A DNA stretch of 64,000 bases from Gammaproteobacteria bacterium (lineage in GTDB: Bacteria > Pseudomonadota > Gammaproteobacteria > UBA4575), in contig OZ251487.1 in NCBI GenBank assembly GCA_965242685.1, positions 865,199 to 929,198 of the forward strand, written 5' to 3'. Each line of letters opens with the position of its first letter. Positions within the stretch are counted from its first letter, which is position 1. Under the pieces are notes generated by a model. The model was given only the letters and a program-made list of their open reading frames with translations, did not search any database and was not told where the DNA came from. Below, in pieces: positions 28,146 to 37,919 of the stretch. Position numbers and translations under genes: made by a program.

Positions 28146-29546
28146 TTACCGACTCTCCATATGATGCCTGCCACGATGCAGCCCCCAGCGATTACGGCGC
28201 ATCCATAGTGTTTTTCTTCCTATTCCAAGTATTTTGGCAAGCTCGGTTTCACTGTACTGGTCCTGATATTGTTGAATCGTGCTTTTTGTATACTCATCAA
28301 TTGACATCGGCCGCTCATCCCCATGTCTGCCGTTATCATTTCTCAAGAGACTGTTGACATCATTGTTTTTTATATGCTTAAAGTCCTCAGTTTTCAGTTC
28401 ATCTCCCTTCGCCAATATGATTGCCCGCTCCACCGAATTTTTCAGTTCTCGAACGTTTCCGGGCCAGTCGTGTTCATTCAAAAAAGCAAGTAGTTCATCA
28501 TTGACTGGTTTAACCTTTCGCCCTAAATTGAGGTTATAGTGCTGTATAAAATAGTTTACAAGCAGTTCAATGTCACGGCTCCGTTGGCGTAAGGGGGGTA
28601 CTGAAATCTGAATGACATTCAGCCGATAAAACAGATCTTCCCGCATCCGACCAGCCGCCACTTCTTTATGCAAATCCCTGTTACAGGCAGCAACGATACG
28701 AACGTCTACCTCATAGGATTGCACGTCGCCGATTGGACGGACATGCCGGTCTTGAATAAATCTGAGCAACTTTACCTGCAACATCGGGGCCAGCTCGGAA
28801 ATTTCGTCGAGAAACAGCGTCCCGCCACTCGCCTCACGAATCAAGCCCTCTTTCCCCGCAACGGCACCGGTATATGCACCCCGGACGTGACCAAAGAACT
28901 CGGATTCTATCAGTTCCGCCGGAATCGCCCCGCAGTTGACCGGCACAAACGGCCCTCTACTCCGCGCACTCATTTTATGAATCTCAAGTGCCACCAATTC
29001 TTTACCTGTTCCGCTTTCCCCCTGAATCAACACCGTTGCATCACTCGGCCCTACTCTATGGAGAAGATTTTTCAATTCTTTTACGGAGTGGCTCTCACCA
29101 ATAATTTCCTGTTTCCGTTTGTTGTTAAGTGCGCTACGCAAATTACGCTTCAACAAGCGATTTTCCTTTTGAATACTCCTTTCATTAATTGCCCGCGTGA
29201 CGGCGTGGACAAGATATTTATCGGAAAAAGGCTTGAGTATGTAATCGGCGGCACCCAAACGTAATGCCTGCACCGCACATTTTATTGACGTATAGTGCGT
29301 CATGATGATGCGCGGACATCCCAATCCCTCCATTCTTATTTTTCTGAGAAGATCAAGCCCGGTAGACCCCCGTAGCTTAAGATCGCTAAGCACCAGATCA
29401 AAATGCTCGGACAACAGTTTCGGCATGGCTTCGGATACCCTGCGCACGTGGGTTACACTCATCCCTTCATGCTCAAGGAGCCGTCTGACCGATTCGCCAA
29501 ACTCAACGTCGTGCTCTACGACCAAAACTCTATGCGTACCTTGCAT
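28146..29546 (-). CDS. sigma-54-dependent NtrC-family response regulator (receiver + AAA+ + HTH), no cognate kinase adjacent
   Basis: Receiver domain with a DLVLSDLKL phospho-acceptor context. AAA+ sigma-54 interaction domain (GESGTGKE, GAFTGA-like GAYTGA). C-terminal Fis-type HTH. Confidence 0.85.
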   Translation of the reverse strand: MQGTHRVLVVEHDVEFGESVRRLLEHEGMSVTHVRRVSEAMPKLLSEHFDLVLSDLKLRGSTGLDLLRKIRMEGLGCPRIIMTHYTSIKCAVQALRLGAADYILKPFSDKYLVHAVTRAINERSIQKENRLLKRNLRSALNNKRKQEIIGESHSVKELKNLLHRVGPSDATVLIQGESGTGKELVALEIHKMSARSRGPFVPVNCGAIPAELIESEFFGHVRGAYTGAVAGKEGLIREASGGTLFLDEISELAPMLQVKLLRFIQDRHVRPIGDVQSYEVDVRIVAACNRDLHKEVAAGRMREDLFYRLNVIQISVPPLRQRSRDIELLVNYFIQHYNLNLGRKVKPVNDELLAFLNEHDWPGNVRELKNSVERAIILAKGDELKTEDFKHIKNNDVNSLLRNDNGRHGDERPMSIDEYTKSTIQQYQDQYSETELAKILGIGRKTLWMRRNRWGLHRGRHHMESR

Positions 29547-29767
29547 TCTGTCCCCCGCAAACCTGTCAGTAGTTCCAGTGTTTGATGATATCCGATAGGT
29601 ATCGTGACCAAAAGTAAGTATAATAGAGAATGATATAATAGCTTACTTGTATCAAATTGACCAGAGTGTTTTATTCTTATTGTATCCAAATGAAACGTAT
29701 AGTAAATTATTTGGACAAGGTAGCTGTAAAACATAAAAGAACAACAAACAAGTAAAGGGCATAACCG

Positions 29768-30247
29768 ATGAATTCCAATCAAATAAGCAATGATGAATTC
29801 AAACGCGCCATGGGCTGTTTCCCTAGTGGCGTCACAATTGTGACAACGATCGGCAAAGACAATCAGAAGTACGGATTTACGGCCTCTGCATTTTCATCCC
29901 TTTCTCTCTCGCCTCCCTTGGTACTGGTTTGCTTGGCGAATAATGCCGAATGCTTTGAGTCTTTCAACCGCGGCAAGCAATTTGCCGTCAATATTATCGG
30001 TTCAAAGCATGAAGAACTGGCCTTCAAGTTTGCCACCAAAGGCTGCGATAAGTTTGGGGGGGATGAGTTCGTAGCCGGTGAAAATGGCCTGCCAGTGCTT
30101 GAGGATGCCCCGGTATCCATGGAGTGTGCAACCCGATACACTTACCCTGGCGGCGACCACGTTATCCTCGTGGGCGAAGTCAAGTGCATAAAAGTCAACG
30201 ATACCCTCCCAACCATTTGGCATCAGGGAAAATTCCACCACCTTTAG
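29768..30247 (+). CDS. flavin reductase-domain protein (HpaC/NADH:FMN oxidoreductase family)
   Basis: FKRAMGCFPSGVTIVTT...GFTASAFSSLSLSPPLVLVCL is the flavin-reductase-like FMN-binding split-barrel signature. Confidence 0.8.
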   Translation: MNSNQISNDEFKRAMGCFPSGVTIVTTIGKDNQKYGFTASAFSSLSLSPPLVLVCLANNAECFESFNRGKQFAVNIIGSKHEELAFKFATKGCDKFGGDEFVAGENGLPVLEDAPVSMECATRYTYPGGDHVILVGEVKCIKVNDTLPTIWHQGKFHHL

Positions 30248-30298
30248 CGAAACCCCAAGAAGCAGGAGACGCAATCGATCAGCTTGACTCTTTTTCCT

Positions 30299-30547
30299 TT
30301 ACCTCGGTTTTTCTTTCACCTCGGAGATAAAATTCATGAATGCGGGTTCCAACAACTCATGGTCCCTCATCCTAGACTTCTTCCTCAACAAATCCTGAAC
30401 GTCTATTTCCAACGTATCATTGTGCCGATAAACCTTGATCTCACCCGAATGAACAAAGCGATAAATTTTCGTTATCGGAATACCGGATATCTTGGCAGCC
30501 TTTGCAATACTTACAAACTGTATCAACGCCATTTTACCGCCCTTCAA
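30299..30547 (-). CDS. small excisionase/MerR-like HTH DNA-binding protein
   Basis: MALIQFVSIAKAAKISGIPITKIYRFVHSGEIKVYRHN resembles HTH_17/excisionase-family DNA-binding domains. Confidence 0.45.
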   Translation of the reverse strand: MKGGKMALIQFVSIAKAAKISGIPITKIYRFVHSGEIKVYRHNDTLEIDVQDLLRKKSRMRDHELLEPAFMNFISEVKEKPR

Positions 30548-30759
30548 ACTAATTTCCCGCCGCCATCCGTGACTGACTGTGACCGCTGACAGTTATTATA
30601 CTGTAGAGAAATACGAATGTCCTATGCAAACCGTTTCTCGTATTTTTCATCGGTTTTTTCGCCTACCCGCCACCTTGCCGGCCTTTTTCCCACAAAAGGT
30701 TTATAGATCTTCTACACAGGGCGTTGTACCTGCCGGCCGTTGATCGCATCAAACAACCG

Positions 30760-31344
30760 TTACCTTTTCCTACGCACTGCAAACGCCTGCCGATAAAACT
30801 GACTTGCACCGTTTACGCCGATATGCCTGACATCGTCCGCGATCTTCTCGAGTACCGGTAAAGCCTTCGCATATACACTTGACTCGCCACCCACGAGTAT
30901 CATTTGTACGCCCTCTGATTCCCCTTTACCTTCGTTGATGACTACCGCGTCCAGAAAAGAGATTTCCCTCTCCGCCAACTGCTCGGACAATTCCTGCAAA
31001 AATTCCGGCGACACCGTGCTCATATCCATCATCACGCCGTCCGTCCGAATGAATCGGGCCATGCCCTCCTCGCCAAAAAACACATTTTCCAACTGCGGGG
31101 CGTCGGACATGACGGTAATAACGATTGAACAGGCCCTGACAAGAGACGCGGCAGAGTGATGGAAACGTGCACCGAGGCATACAGGGTTGTCGCGTTGCCG
31201 TTGCGGGACATTTACGGAAAATCCGGCGTTCAAAAGCTGTCCTACCATCAAATTTGCCAAACTCCCTTCTCCCAGAACCCCTATCTCCACGTCCTTCGTA
31301 TCGGGGCTTGCGTCTCTATCCACCCAATGCCTCAACCATCCCAA
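30760..31344 (-). CDS. truncated HIBADH/6PGDH-type Rossmann-domain protein with a degenerate GxGxxG (GEGSLA): pseudoenzyme or gene remnant
   Basis: Aligns to the N-terminal NAD-binding domain of 3-hydroxyisobutyrate-dehydrogenase-like enzymes (VMSDAPQLENVFFGEEG; DMSTVSPE...FLDAVV...GESEG; ILVGGE). It is only 194 aa, lacking the C-terminal helical domain, and the glycine motif is mutated. Confidence 0.4.
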   Translation of the reverse strand: MGWLRHWVDRDASPDTKDVEIGVLGEGSLANLMVGQLLNAGFSVNVPQRQRDNPVCLGARFHHSAASLVRACSIVITVMSDAPQLENVFFGEEGMARFIRTDGVMMDMSTVSPEFLQELSEQLAEREISFLDAVVINEGKGESEGVQMILVGGESSVYAKALPVLEKIADDVRHIGVNGASQFYRQAFAVRRKR

Positions 31345-31586
31345 ACGACCTCGATAATCCCTGCGTGCATGTCGACGACCCTCGACAGTGTCTCGGCCGC
31401 CTTGTCACTAATATCCTTTTCATGTACGTACTCCACCTTCCAGTTCACAATCTCTCCAGCCGCCGGTTTTATATCTTCGGGCGCCAGCCGTAGCCCGTCG
31501 CATTCCTTATACATGGACATCGTATAATTGATAAACTCCGCTAAGTGAGCGGGCCTTGCCTTTAACTTTTTATCCATCTCATACAA
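31332..31586 (-). CDS. hypothetical 84-aa protein overlapping the following gene by 13 bp
   Basis: ORF only. No motif recognised. Confidence 0.25.
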   Translation of the reverse strand: MYEMDKKLKARPAHLAEFINYTMSMYKECDGLRLAPEDIKPAAGEIVNWKVEYVHEKDISDKAAETLSRVVDMHAGIIEVVWDG

Positions 31587-31701
31587 ACGTCAAAGATCCG
31601 ATGCCGACAACCAGCGTTGCATCCCTCTCATATTACGAATCATCCCGTTACCGTCATATTTTTTTCGACACAGGGAGCAAAGAGACCGGACGGAAAAATC
31701 C

Positions 31702-32940
31702 CTAAAACGGAACCCGTACCGAAAGGGTTCCGAAAACCCCGAACGCATCCGCATAGCTCAGCTCGGCCGGGAAATGCGTAACGTTGTCTCCGTAACGCTG
31801 TCCGGCTCTCGCATAGCGTACCTTTGGTACGTGCGACAAATATTCGATCCCCACGCCAAGACGAAAGACCACGTCGTCAAAATACACAGCCCGCAACGAC
31901 GTTTTCAAGCGAAGCGTAGCGGCGGCACGCGAATCATCGACTTTCAGATCGGTCGGCAAGTCTATCATTGCCGACGACAGTACGGTTCTTTGATGCCCCT
32001 TGTATTCGGCATCAAGATAGTAGACACCGATGTCACCTTCGGCGGCAAACGCCCAACGTCGTTTGAACGGAACATCAAGGTTGGCGCCGACAAGCAACCC
32101 ATAATACGAGGCTCGCAGGCGCTCATTCAACGTCATGTAATTTTCATCTGGCGTCCTATTCGTTGCCTCATACGAGAAAATATCGGTACGCTGATACAAG
32201 CGTTTAAAACTCGGCCCGGCGAAAAACGACATCTTGCGCGCCGTCCCCCGCCAGTCGCCCCGAACGCCACCAATGACGTCAACACCTCCGAAGTCCACCT
32301 CCCTTCTCGTATGTATACGGATCGTGTCTCCCCAGGCAAAATTGGGCGTATGTGCAAGGGGTCTTCCGTCTATGGCGCCGATCCAGCCGGAAAACTTGAG
32401 GCCCCGAGTCGTTCTGATCGCCTCAAGCAAGCCGCTCAACCTATCCGCATCGCCGAATATTTCAGCCCTTCGCGCCTCTCTCTGTGCCGCCGTTAAGGCC
32501 ATCAATTCCGTCAGCGCGATCCCGAACTGCTCCGCTTCCAGCCTATCCCATAACTCACTCGTTCGTTGATATTCGTTGAAATGCCTGGCGTCGTGCGAAG
32601 TAAAAAAACCGCGCGCCTCGGTGAACACGTTGCGCCCGAAGGCGTCGTACGTACCACCCACCGCCAGTTTGAGTAGCGGGCCGCCGCGAGAAGAGTCATA
32701 GTGGTCGAGCAAATCTGTCAGCTTCTCATCGGAATCCGTCTCGATAAACGGGCTTGATTCTGGCAGGTCAAGAAAAAAGGCGCCGACTTCGGCGCGCAGG
32801 TAAGTGCCGCTAGTTTCGTTCATCGTCGCCCCCCGCATCTGAGAATAGGCGGGTAACGCCACCACCAAAACGAGACATGCGACCAGCTTCCCGGAAATCG
32901 TGCTCAAGTTCAAACCGTTCATCGGATCCTCATGCGACAA
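31702..32940 (-). CDS. putative outer-membrane protein (signal peptide, C-terminal ...LSVRVPF)
   Basis: N-terminal signal sequence and a terminal aromatic residue typical of OM beta-barrels. The middle region looks helical, so the assignment is tentative. Confidence 0.4.
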   Translation of the reverse strand: MSHEDPMNGLNLSTISGKLVACLVLVVALPAYSQMRGATMNETSGTYLRAEVGAFFLDLPESSPFIETDSDEKLTDLLDHYDSSRGGPLLKLAVGGTYDAFGRNVFTEARGFFTSHDARHFNEYQRTSELWDRLEAEQFGIALTELMALTAAQREARRAEIFGDADRLSGLLEAIRTTRGLKFSGWIGAIDGRPLAHTPNFAWGDTIRIHTRREVDFGGVDVIGGVRGDWRGTARKMSFFAGPSFKRLYQRTDIFSYEATNRTPDENYMTLNERLRASYYGLLVGANLDVPFKRRWAFAAEGDIGVYYLDAEYKGHQRTVLSSAMIDLPTDLKVDDSRAAATLRLKTSLRAVYFDDVVFRLGVGIEYLSHVPKVRYARAGQRYGDNVTHFPAELSYADAFGVFGTLSVRVPF

Positions 32941-33154
32941 TCTTTACAAGGGTGCCCTATTCTACAATGAACGTCATATCTAACGAACCGGAATATCGCT
33001 TTGAATCAGAATAAGCGCCGCAGAAAAATCTCGCCGCGAGTGCGCTTGAACTCAAAGATAGGAACATTGGACTTTCGCTGTTCGTGCGCGACGGATATTA
33101 CCGGGGCAAAACCGAACATTTGTGGGCGGTGGAAGGCAAGAAGAATATTTCTAA

Positions 33155-33628
33155 TCAGTCACTCTCGCTCCCTCGTTGGTGATAGCTGAAATAAACGGTG
33201 GTCTTTCCATCTTCCTCAAAGGTCAAAACGTCATAAGGGTCTTTTCTCGCGCCTTCCATGCCGGGCGCACCCACGGGCATACCGGGTACGGCAAGGCCTT
33301 TCACCTGAGGCCGCTCTTTCAGGAGGCGGAGGATGTCATCGGCCGGGACGTGCCCTTCTATGATATAGCCGTCTACCGTGGCGGTGTGGCAGGAATGCAG
33401 GCTGGGAGGTACACCCAATTCGGCCTTGATCGGATTCACGTCACGCCGGTCGCGGGCTTCCACCGAAAAGCCGTACCGTTCAAGATGACTCACCCACTTC
33501 TTGCAACAACCGCAGGTCGGACTTTTGTAGACCACTATTTCGGCCGCTTGACCGGGCGGCTGGAAGAAAAAGATGCCGCCGGCAACGAGAGTAACCGCTG
33601 CCAGACTTAGCCATTTTGTTTTTGCCAT
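33155..33628 (-). CDS. DUF411 (CopG-like) periplasmic metal-binding protein
   Basis: Signal peptide then YKSPTCGCCKKW, the hallmark cysteine cluster of DUF411/CopG copper-resistance proteins. Start trimmed to avoid overlap with the tRNA. Confidence 0.7.
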   Translation of the reverse strand: MAKTKWLSLAAVTLVAGGIFFFQPPGQAAEIVVYKSPTCGCCKKWVSHLERYGFSVEARDRRDVNPIKAELGVPPSLHSCHTATVDGYIIEGHVPADDILRLLKERPQVKGLAVPGMPVGAPGMEGARKDPYDVLTFEEDGKTTVYFSYHQRGSESD

Positions 33629-33663
33629 AGCCACTCCAAAATTGTATTCGGTAAGGTTGTATC

Positions 33664-33755
33664 TGGCGGAGAGAGAGGGATTCGAACCCTCGGTGCCCCG
33701 TTGAGGACACACTCACTTTCCAGGCGAGCCCGTTTAACCACTCCGGCATCTCTCC
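33664..33755 (-). tRNA. tRNA-Ser (anticodon GGA), 92 nt with long variable arm, CCA encoded
   Basis: Minus strand GGAGAGAUGCCGGAGUGGUUAAACGGGCUCGCCUGGAAAGUGAGUGUGUCCUCAACGGGGCACCGAGGGUUCGAAUCCCUCUCUCUCCGCCA. D-loop, anticodon loop CUGGAAA, long extra arm, T-loop GGUUCGAAUCC, acceptor pairing 5' GGAGAGA with 3' UCUCUCC. Confidence 0.85.
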
Positions 33756-33770
33756 CGATTCAAAAGTATA

Positions 33771-34115
33771 TCACGATTTCTTGCCGCTGCCCGGATTGTA
33801 GACGGGGGCGGGAAAATGGGCGACGTTTTCGCCGGCCTCCGAAATTTTCGCGACGCCCTGTTTGTCGACTTCATCCACTCTGATCACGGCGTGCACGGGC
33901 ACAAAAAAACGCTTCACCCGGTCAAATTCGGTTTTGAGCTTTTCTTCGCCCGGATCAATGACGACGCTGTTGCGCTCGTTGAAGGTCAGGCTCTCGATGG
34001 TAACAAAGCCGTACAGATCGGATTGGTATACCTGTCGCGCATACACTTCGTATACTTTGTCTTGGTTGTAAAAGGTCACTTTGTAAAGGCTTTTCTGCAC
34101 GGTACGTTCAGACAT
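33771..34115 (-). CDS. DUF1820-family protein
   Basis: [38 protein letters not shown] matches the DUF1820 N-terminus as remembered. Confidence 0.5.
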   Translation of the reverse strand: MSERTVQKSLYKVTFYNQDKVYEVYARQVYQSDLYGFVTIESLTFNERNSVVIDPGEEKLKTEFDRVKRFFVPVHAVIRVDEVDKQGVAKISEAGENVAHFPAPVYNPGSGKKS

Positions 34116-35460
34116 CGGAGGCACCCATGTTTTTGATGATTTCTTCGCCGAATCCAGAAGTGCTTACCAGCGTTGCCCCGGGCAGCAGGCGTTCGAGGTC
34201 TTCCTGCACTTCTTTTGAGGTGCCGGGCCGCCGCCCCTTGGCACGAAACCCCGCCCGGGCGCGGGCCAGGTCATAGGTAACGGTCTTCGAGGCAATGGCG
34301 CCCGATATGCCGGTAATGATCAGGTCCGCCGCTTCGCACCAACCCAGGTGACGCAGCATCATTTCCGCCGACAAGATGATGGAGCCGGGATTGACACGGT
34401 TTTTCCCGGCATGCGCCGGCGCGGTGCCGTGCGTGGCCTCAAAACAAGCGACGTCGTCCGAGACGTTCGCCCCCGGGGCGATACCGATTCCACCCACTTG
34501 CGCGGCCAGAGCATCGGAAATGTAGTCGCCATTCAGGTTCAACGTTGCAATGACGTCGTAGTCTTCGGGTTTGAGCAGGATCTGTTGTAAAAAGTTGTCG
34601 GCCAACACGTCCTTGATCAGGATTTCCCTGCCATTGCCGGGATGGATGATCCTACACCACGGGCCTTCGCCGATAATTTCGGCGTTAAACTCCTGTACGG
34701 CCAGATCATAGCCCCAGTTGCGGAACGCGCCTTCGGTAAATTTCATAATGTTTCCCTTGTGTACCAGGGATACCGAACGACGATCATTGTCTATGGCGTA
34801 TTGAATGGCCTTGCGTATCAGGCGCACCGAACCTTCCTTCGAAACCGGTTTAATGCCGATCCCCGAGGTCTCCGGAAAGCGTATCTTGGTGATGCGCATG
34901 TCATCGCGTAAAAATTTGATGACTTTTTTGGCGCCTTCACTCTGGGCCTCCCATTCAATACCCGCGTAAATGTCTTCGGTGTTTTCACGAAAGATCACCA
35001 TGTCGGTCGTTGCGGAATCTTTCAGTGGCGTGAGCGTTCCCGAAAAATAGCGAATCGGACGCACACAGGCAAACAGATCCAGCTTCTGCCGAATGGCCAC
35101 GTTCAATGAACGCATCCCCTCGCCTATCGGCGTTGCCAGCGGCCCCTTGATGGACACCACGTATTTTTTCATCACGTCAAGCGTTTCTTCGGGCAAAAAG
35201 TCCGTCTGGCCATATAAACGGGAGGCCTTCACGCCGGCGTAAATCTCCATCCAACTGATACGCCGTTCTTTGTTGTAAGCCTTCTTGACAGCCGCGGTCA
35301 CGACGCGCCTCATCACCGGCGTAACGTCTATGCCGATGCCATCGCCTTCTATGAACGGAATGACGGGAACGTCGGGGACGTCCAGGGTCTTGTCCTGATT
35401 CAGCCTGATCGCCTCTCCTTCCGCAGGGACTTGAACGTGTTCATAGGGTTGGTTTGCCAT
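34108..35460 (-). CDS. icd: NADP-dependent isocitrate dehydrogenase (homodimeric type, with a ~20-aa C-terminal insertion)
   Basis: Near-colinear with E. coli Icd ([41 protein letters not shown]). Confidence 0.9.
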   Translation of the reverse strand: MANQPYEHVQVPAEGEAIRLNQDKTLDVPDVPVIPFIEGDGIGIDVTPVMRRVVTAAVKKAYNKERRISWMEIYAGVKASRLYGQTDFLPEETLDVMKKYVVSIKGPLATPIGEGMRSLNVAIRQKLDLFACVRPIRYFSGTLTPLKDSATTDMVIFRENTEDIYAGIEWEAQSEGAKKVIKFLRDDMRITKIRFPETSGIGIKPVSKEGSVRLIRKAIQYAIDNDRRSVSLVHKGNIMKFTEGAFRNWGYDLAVQEFNAEIIGEGPWCRIIHPGNGREILIKDVLADNFLQQILLKPEDYDVIATLNLNGDYISDALAAQVGGIGIAPGANVSDDVACFEATHGTAPAHAGKNRVNPGSIILSAEMMLRHLGWCEAADLIITGISGAIASKTVTYDLARARAGFRAKGRRPGTSKEVQEDLERLLPGATLVSTSGFGEEIIKNMGASDV

Positions 35461-35582
35461 GTGTACCTCAAATGTATTCGAACTTTAGGGAATCATAATG
35501 GATGCACGGCCGGGGGCACACTAGTAAGTATTCGCTTGCCGGACGTTACACGTCAAGAGTTGATCAGCCAAAAATGACTCGT

Positions 35583-36887
35583 CTATCCGGTAGCGGTCTT
35601 GGAATCGAACTGCTGTTCTTCGGTTGACCCCGACAGTGCCGTAACGGATGATTGTCCACCCTGAATTGTGGTCGTCACTTCATCAAAATAGCCGGCGCCC
35701 ACTTCTTGTTGGTGGCTGACAAAGGTGTACCCTCGCTTGCGCGCATCGAACTCCCGCTCCTGTACCATATCCACGTAAGCCGTCATCCCTTCCTCTATAT
35801 ATTTCTTGCCCAAACTAAACATGTTGTACCACATGCTGTGAATACCCGCCAAAGTAATGAATTGGTACTTATATCCCATGGCACCCAGCTCACGCTGGAA
35901 CTTGGCAATCGTGGCGTCGTCCAGGTTTTTCTTCCAATTAAAGGAAGGTGAACAGTTATAAGCAAGGAGCTGTTCAGGGTGTTCCTTGCGCACACCTTCG
36001 GCAAACTTCTTAGCAAAATCCAGGTCCGGCGTGCCCGTTTCGCACCAAATCAAATCGGCGTATTCGGCATAGGCAACGCCACGCGAGATCGCTTGTTCCA
36101 ATCCGTTTCTGACGCGAAAAAAGCCCTCGGAAGTACGCTCTCCCATCAGAAACGGTTTATCGCGTTCATCATGGTCGGAGGTGATCAAGTTGGCGGCCTC
36201 GGCGTCGGTTCGCCCCAGCACCACGGTCGGCACCCCCATGACGTCGGCGGCAAGACGGGCGGCATTCAGTTTTTGACAGGCTTCCTGCGTGGGAACAAGC
36301 ACCTTGCCCCCCATGTGGCCGCACTTTTTTACGGCGGCCAGCTGATCTTCAAAGTGTACGCCCGCAGCCCCCGCAACAATCATGTTCTTCATCAGCTCGA
36401 AGGCATTGAGAACGCCGCCAAAACCGGCTTCCGCATCGGCGACTATGGGTACAAAGTAATCCCTGTCGCCTTCGCCGTGCAGCCACTGAATTTCATCGGC
36501 GCGTTTGAAGGCGTTATTGATTCTGCGCACCACGGTGGGTACGGAATCATACGCATAGAGCGACTGATCCGGATACATGGTTTCACTGGTGTTGGCATCC
36601 GCCGCAACTTGCCAACCGGACAGGTATATGGCCTTGATGCCGGCCTTTACCTGCTGAACGGCTTGACCGCCCGTGAGCGTACCCAAACAGTTGATATAGT
36701 CTTCTTCATTGACAAGTTGCCAAAGCTTCTCCGCACCGCGTTTCGCAAGGGTGTGCTCTATCTGCAACGAGCCGCGAAGACGCACCACGTCTTCAGCCGT
36801 ATAGTCACGCCGGACATCTTTCCAGCGAGGATTATTCTTCCATTCCTCATCAAGTTCCTTTATCTGTTCAGTTCTGCTCTTGCTCAC
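35583..36887 (-). CDS. aceA: isocitrate lyase
   Basis: ICL signature KKCGHMGGK and the SGWQ block. 434 aa. Confidence 0.9.
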   Translation of the reverse strand: MSKSRTEQIKELDEEWKNNPRWKDVRRDYTAEDVVRLRGSLQIEHTLAKRGAEKLWQLVNEEDYINCLGTLTGGQAVQQVKAGIKAIYLSGWQVAADANTSETMYPDQSLYAYDSVPTVVRRINNAFKRADEIQWLHGEGDRDYFVPIVADAEAGFGGVLNAFELMKNMIVAGAAGVHFEDQLAAVKKCGHMGGKVLVPTQEACQKLNAARLAADVMGVPTVVLGRTDAEAANLITSDHDERDKPFLMGERTSEGFFRVRNGLEQAISRGVAYAEYADLIWCETGTPDLDFAKKFAEGVRKEHPEQLLAYNCSPSFNWKKNLDDATIAKFQRELGAMGYKYQFITLAGIHSMWYNMFSLGKKYIEEGMTAYVDMVQEREFDARKRGYTFVSHQQEVGAGYFDEVTTTIQGGQSSVTALSGSTEEQQFDSKTATG

Positions 36888-37125
36888 GATCTTCTCCTTA
36901 AAAAAATTCGGAACAACGGTTCGTTTTTAACCCTGCGTTTTATTCAAACTACGACAGGGAGGTATATTAACAGATACTAATTTATGATGACCATAAAATT
37001 CTGAGACACTGCAAACGAGTTATCATGAATGCGTTTTTCGCCAATCCATTCACCCGACTCACCGCGATGGAGTATAATTCGGGTACGTTGCTACTATATC
37101 CCTATCAACGCCGGAATGCAGCAGG

Positions 37126-37623
37126 ATGACGATGCAGTTCAAGACCGCCGACCTTTGCGATGCGCACGAGTCTGTCATTTCGGTCGCTCAACCGCTGTTT
37201 CGCAACTATGGCGGTAATATATCTTTTTACGGCACGATCCGCACCGTCAAATGCTTTGAAGATAACTCGTTGGTTCGAGAAATGCTTCAGGGCCCCGGTA
37301 CGGGGCAGGTGCTGGTAGTAGACGGCGGCGGATCGACTCGCCGGGCACTGGTTGGAGATTTACTGGCACAAGCGGGGGCGGACAACGGCTGGGTGGGTAT
37401 CGTTGTGTATGGGTGTATCCGTGATGCCGGCGTGATTGCAACGATTAAAATTGGCTGTAAGGCCCTTGCAACCATGCCACTCAAGACTGAAAAGAAAGGG
37501 GTGGGGGAAAAGAATGTTCCAGTGCGGTTTGCGGAGATCGAGTTGATTCCCGACCAGTTCCTATATGCCGATGAAGACGGGATCATCGTCAGTCCGAAAG
37601 ATTTGTTGAGCAAATCGCTGTAA
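37126..37623 (+). CDS. rraA: RraA-family protein (RNase E inhibitor / 4-hydroxy-4-methyl-2-oxoglutarate aldolase fold)
   Basis: MTMQFKTADLCDAHESV...GTGQVLVVDGGGSTRRALVGDLLA...GWVGIVVYGCIRD is the RraA/MenG signature. Confidence 0.8.
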   Translation: MTMQFKTADLCDAHESVISVAQPLFRNYGGNISFYGTIRTVKCFEDNSLVREMLQGPGTGQVLVVDGGGSTRRALVGDLLAQAGADNGWVGIVVYGCIRDAGVIATIKIGCKALATMPLKTEKKGVGEKNVPVRFAEIELIPDQFLYADEDGIIVSPKDLLSKSL

Positions 37624-37919
37624 AGTTGCGGTTAATTTTTTCGCCCAAAATATGGCATAAAAGGGCGGGAATAATGGGATATAACGATTTTTTTCGGGAA
37701 ATATCGGGATGGACGGAAAAAAAGTTAGAAATTACTTTAAGTTTGTGCCGTAGCGGGGTTTTGGCGGTGGGCGGGATGAGACAGAAAATAGTGTGGGGTT
37801 GCGTCTAATTTTTAATGTGTAAAATTGGTGAAATGGGTAGAGAAAAGTTGAGATGGTGTGGGATAAGCGAGATACCGTGAGATCGTGGGGCAGAAATATA
37901 GGCTTCGGCACAAGGGGGG

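Noticed and set aside
33155-33712. 185-aa ORF extending over the tRNA-Ser gene
   Set aside because: Its N-terminal 28 codons overlap the tRNA. The real start is the Met that begins the signal peptide of the DUF411 protein (33628).
30299-33755. Integrated mobile element at tRNA-Ser (Xis-like HTH nearby)
   Set aside because: No integrase, recombinase or flanking tRNA-3' direct repeat is detectable. It is kept only as a weak compositional observation.
35979-36980. 333-aa plus-strand ORF
   Set aside because: It is antisense to aceA, whose translation shows unmistakable isocitrate-lyase signatures. It is GC-rich antisense read-through.
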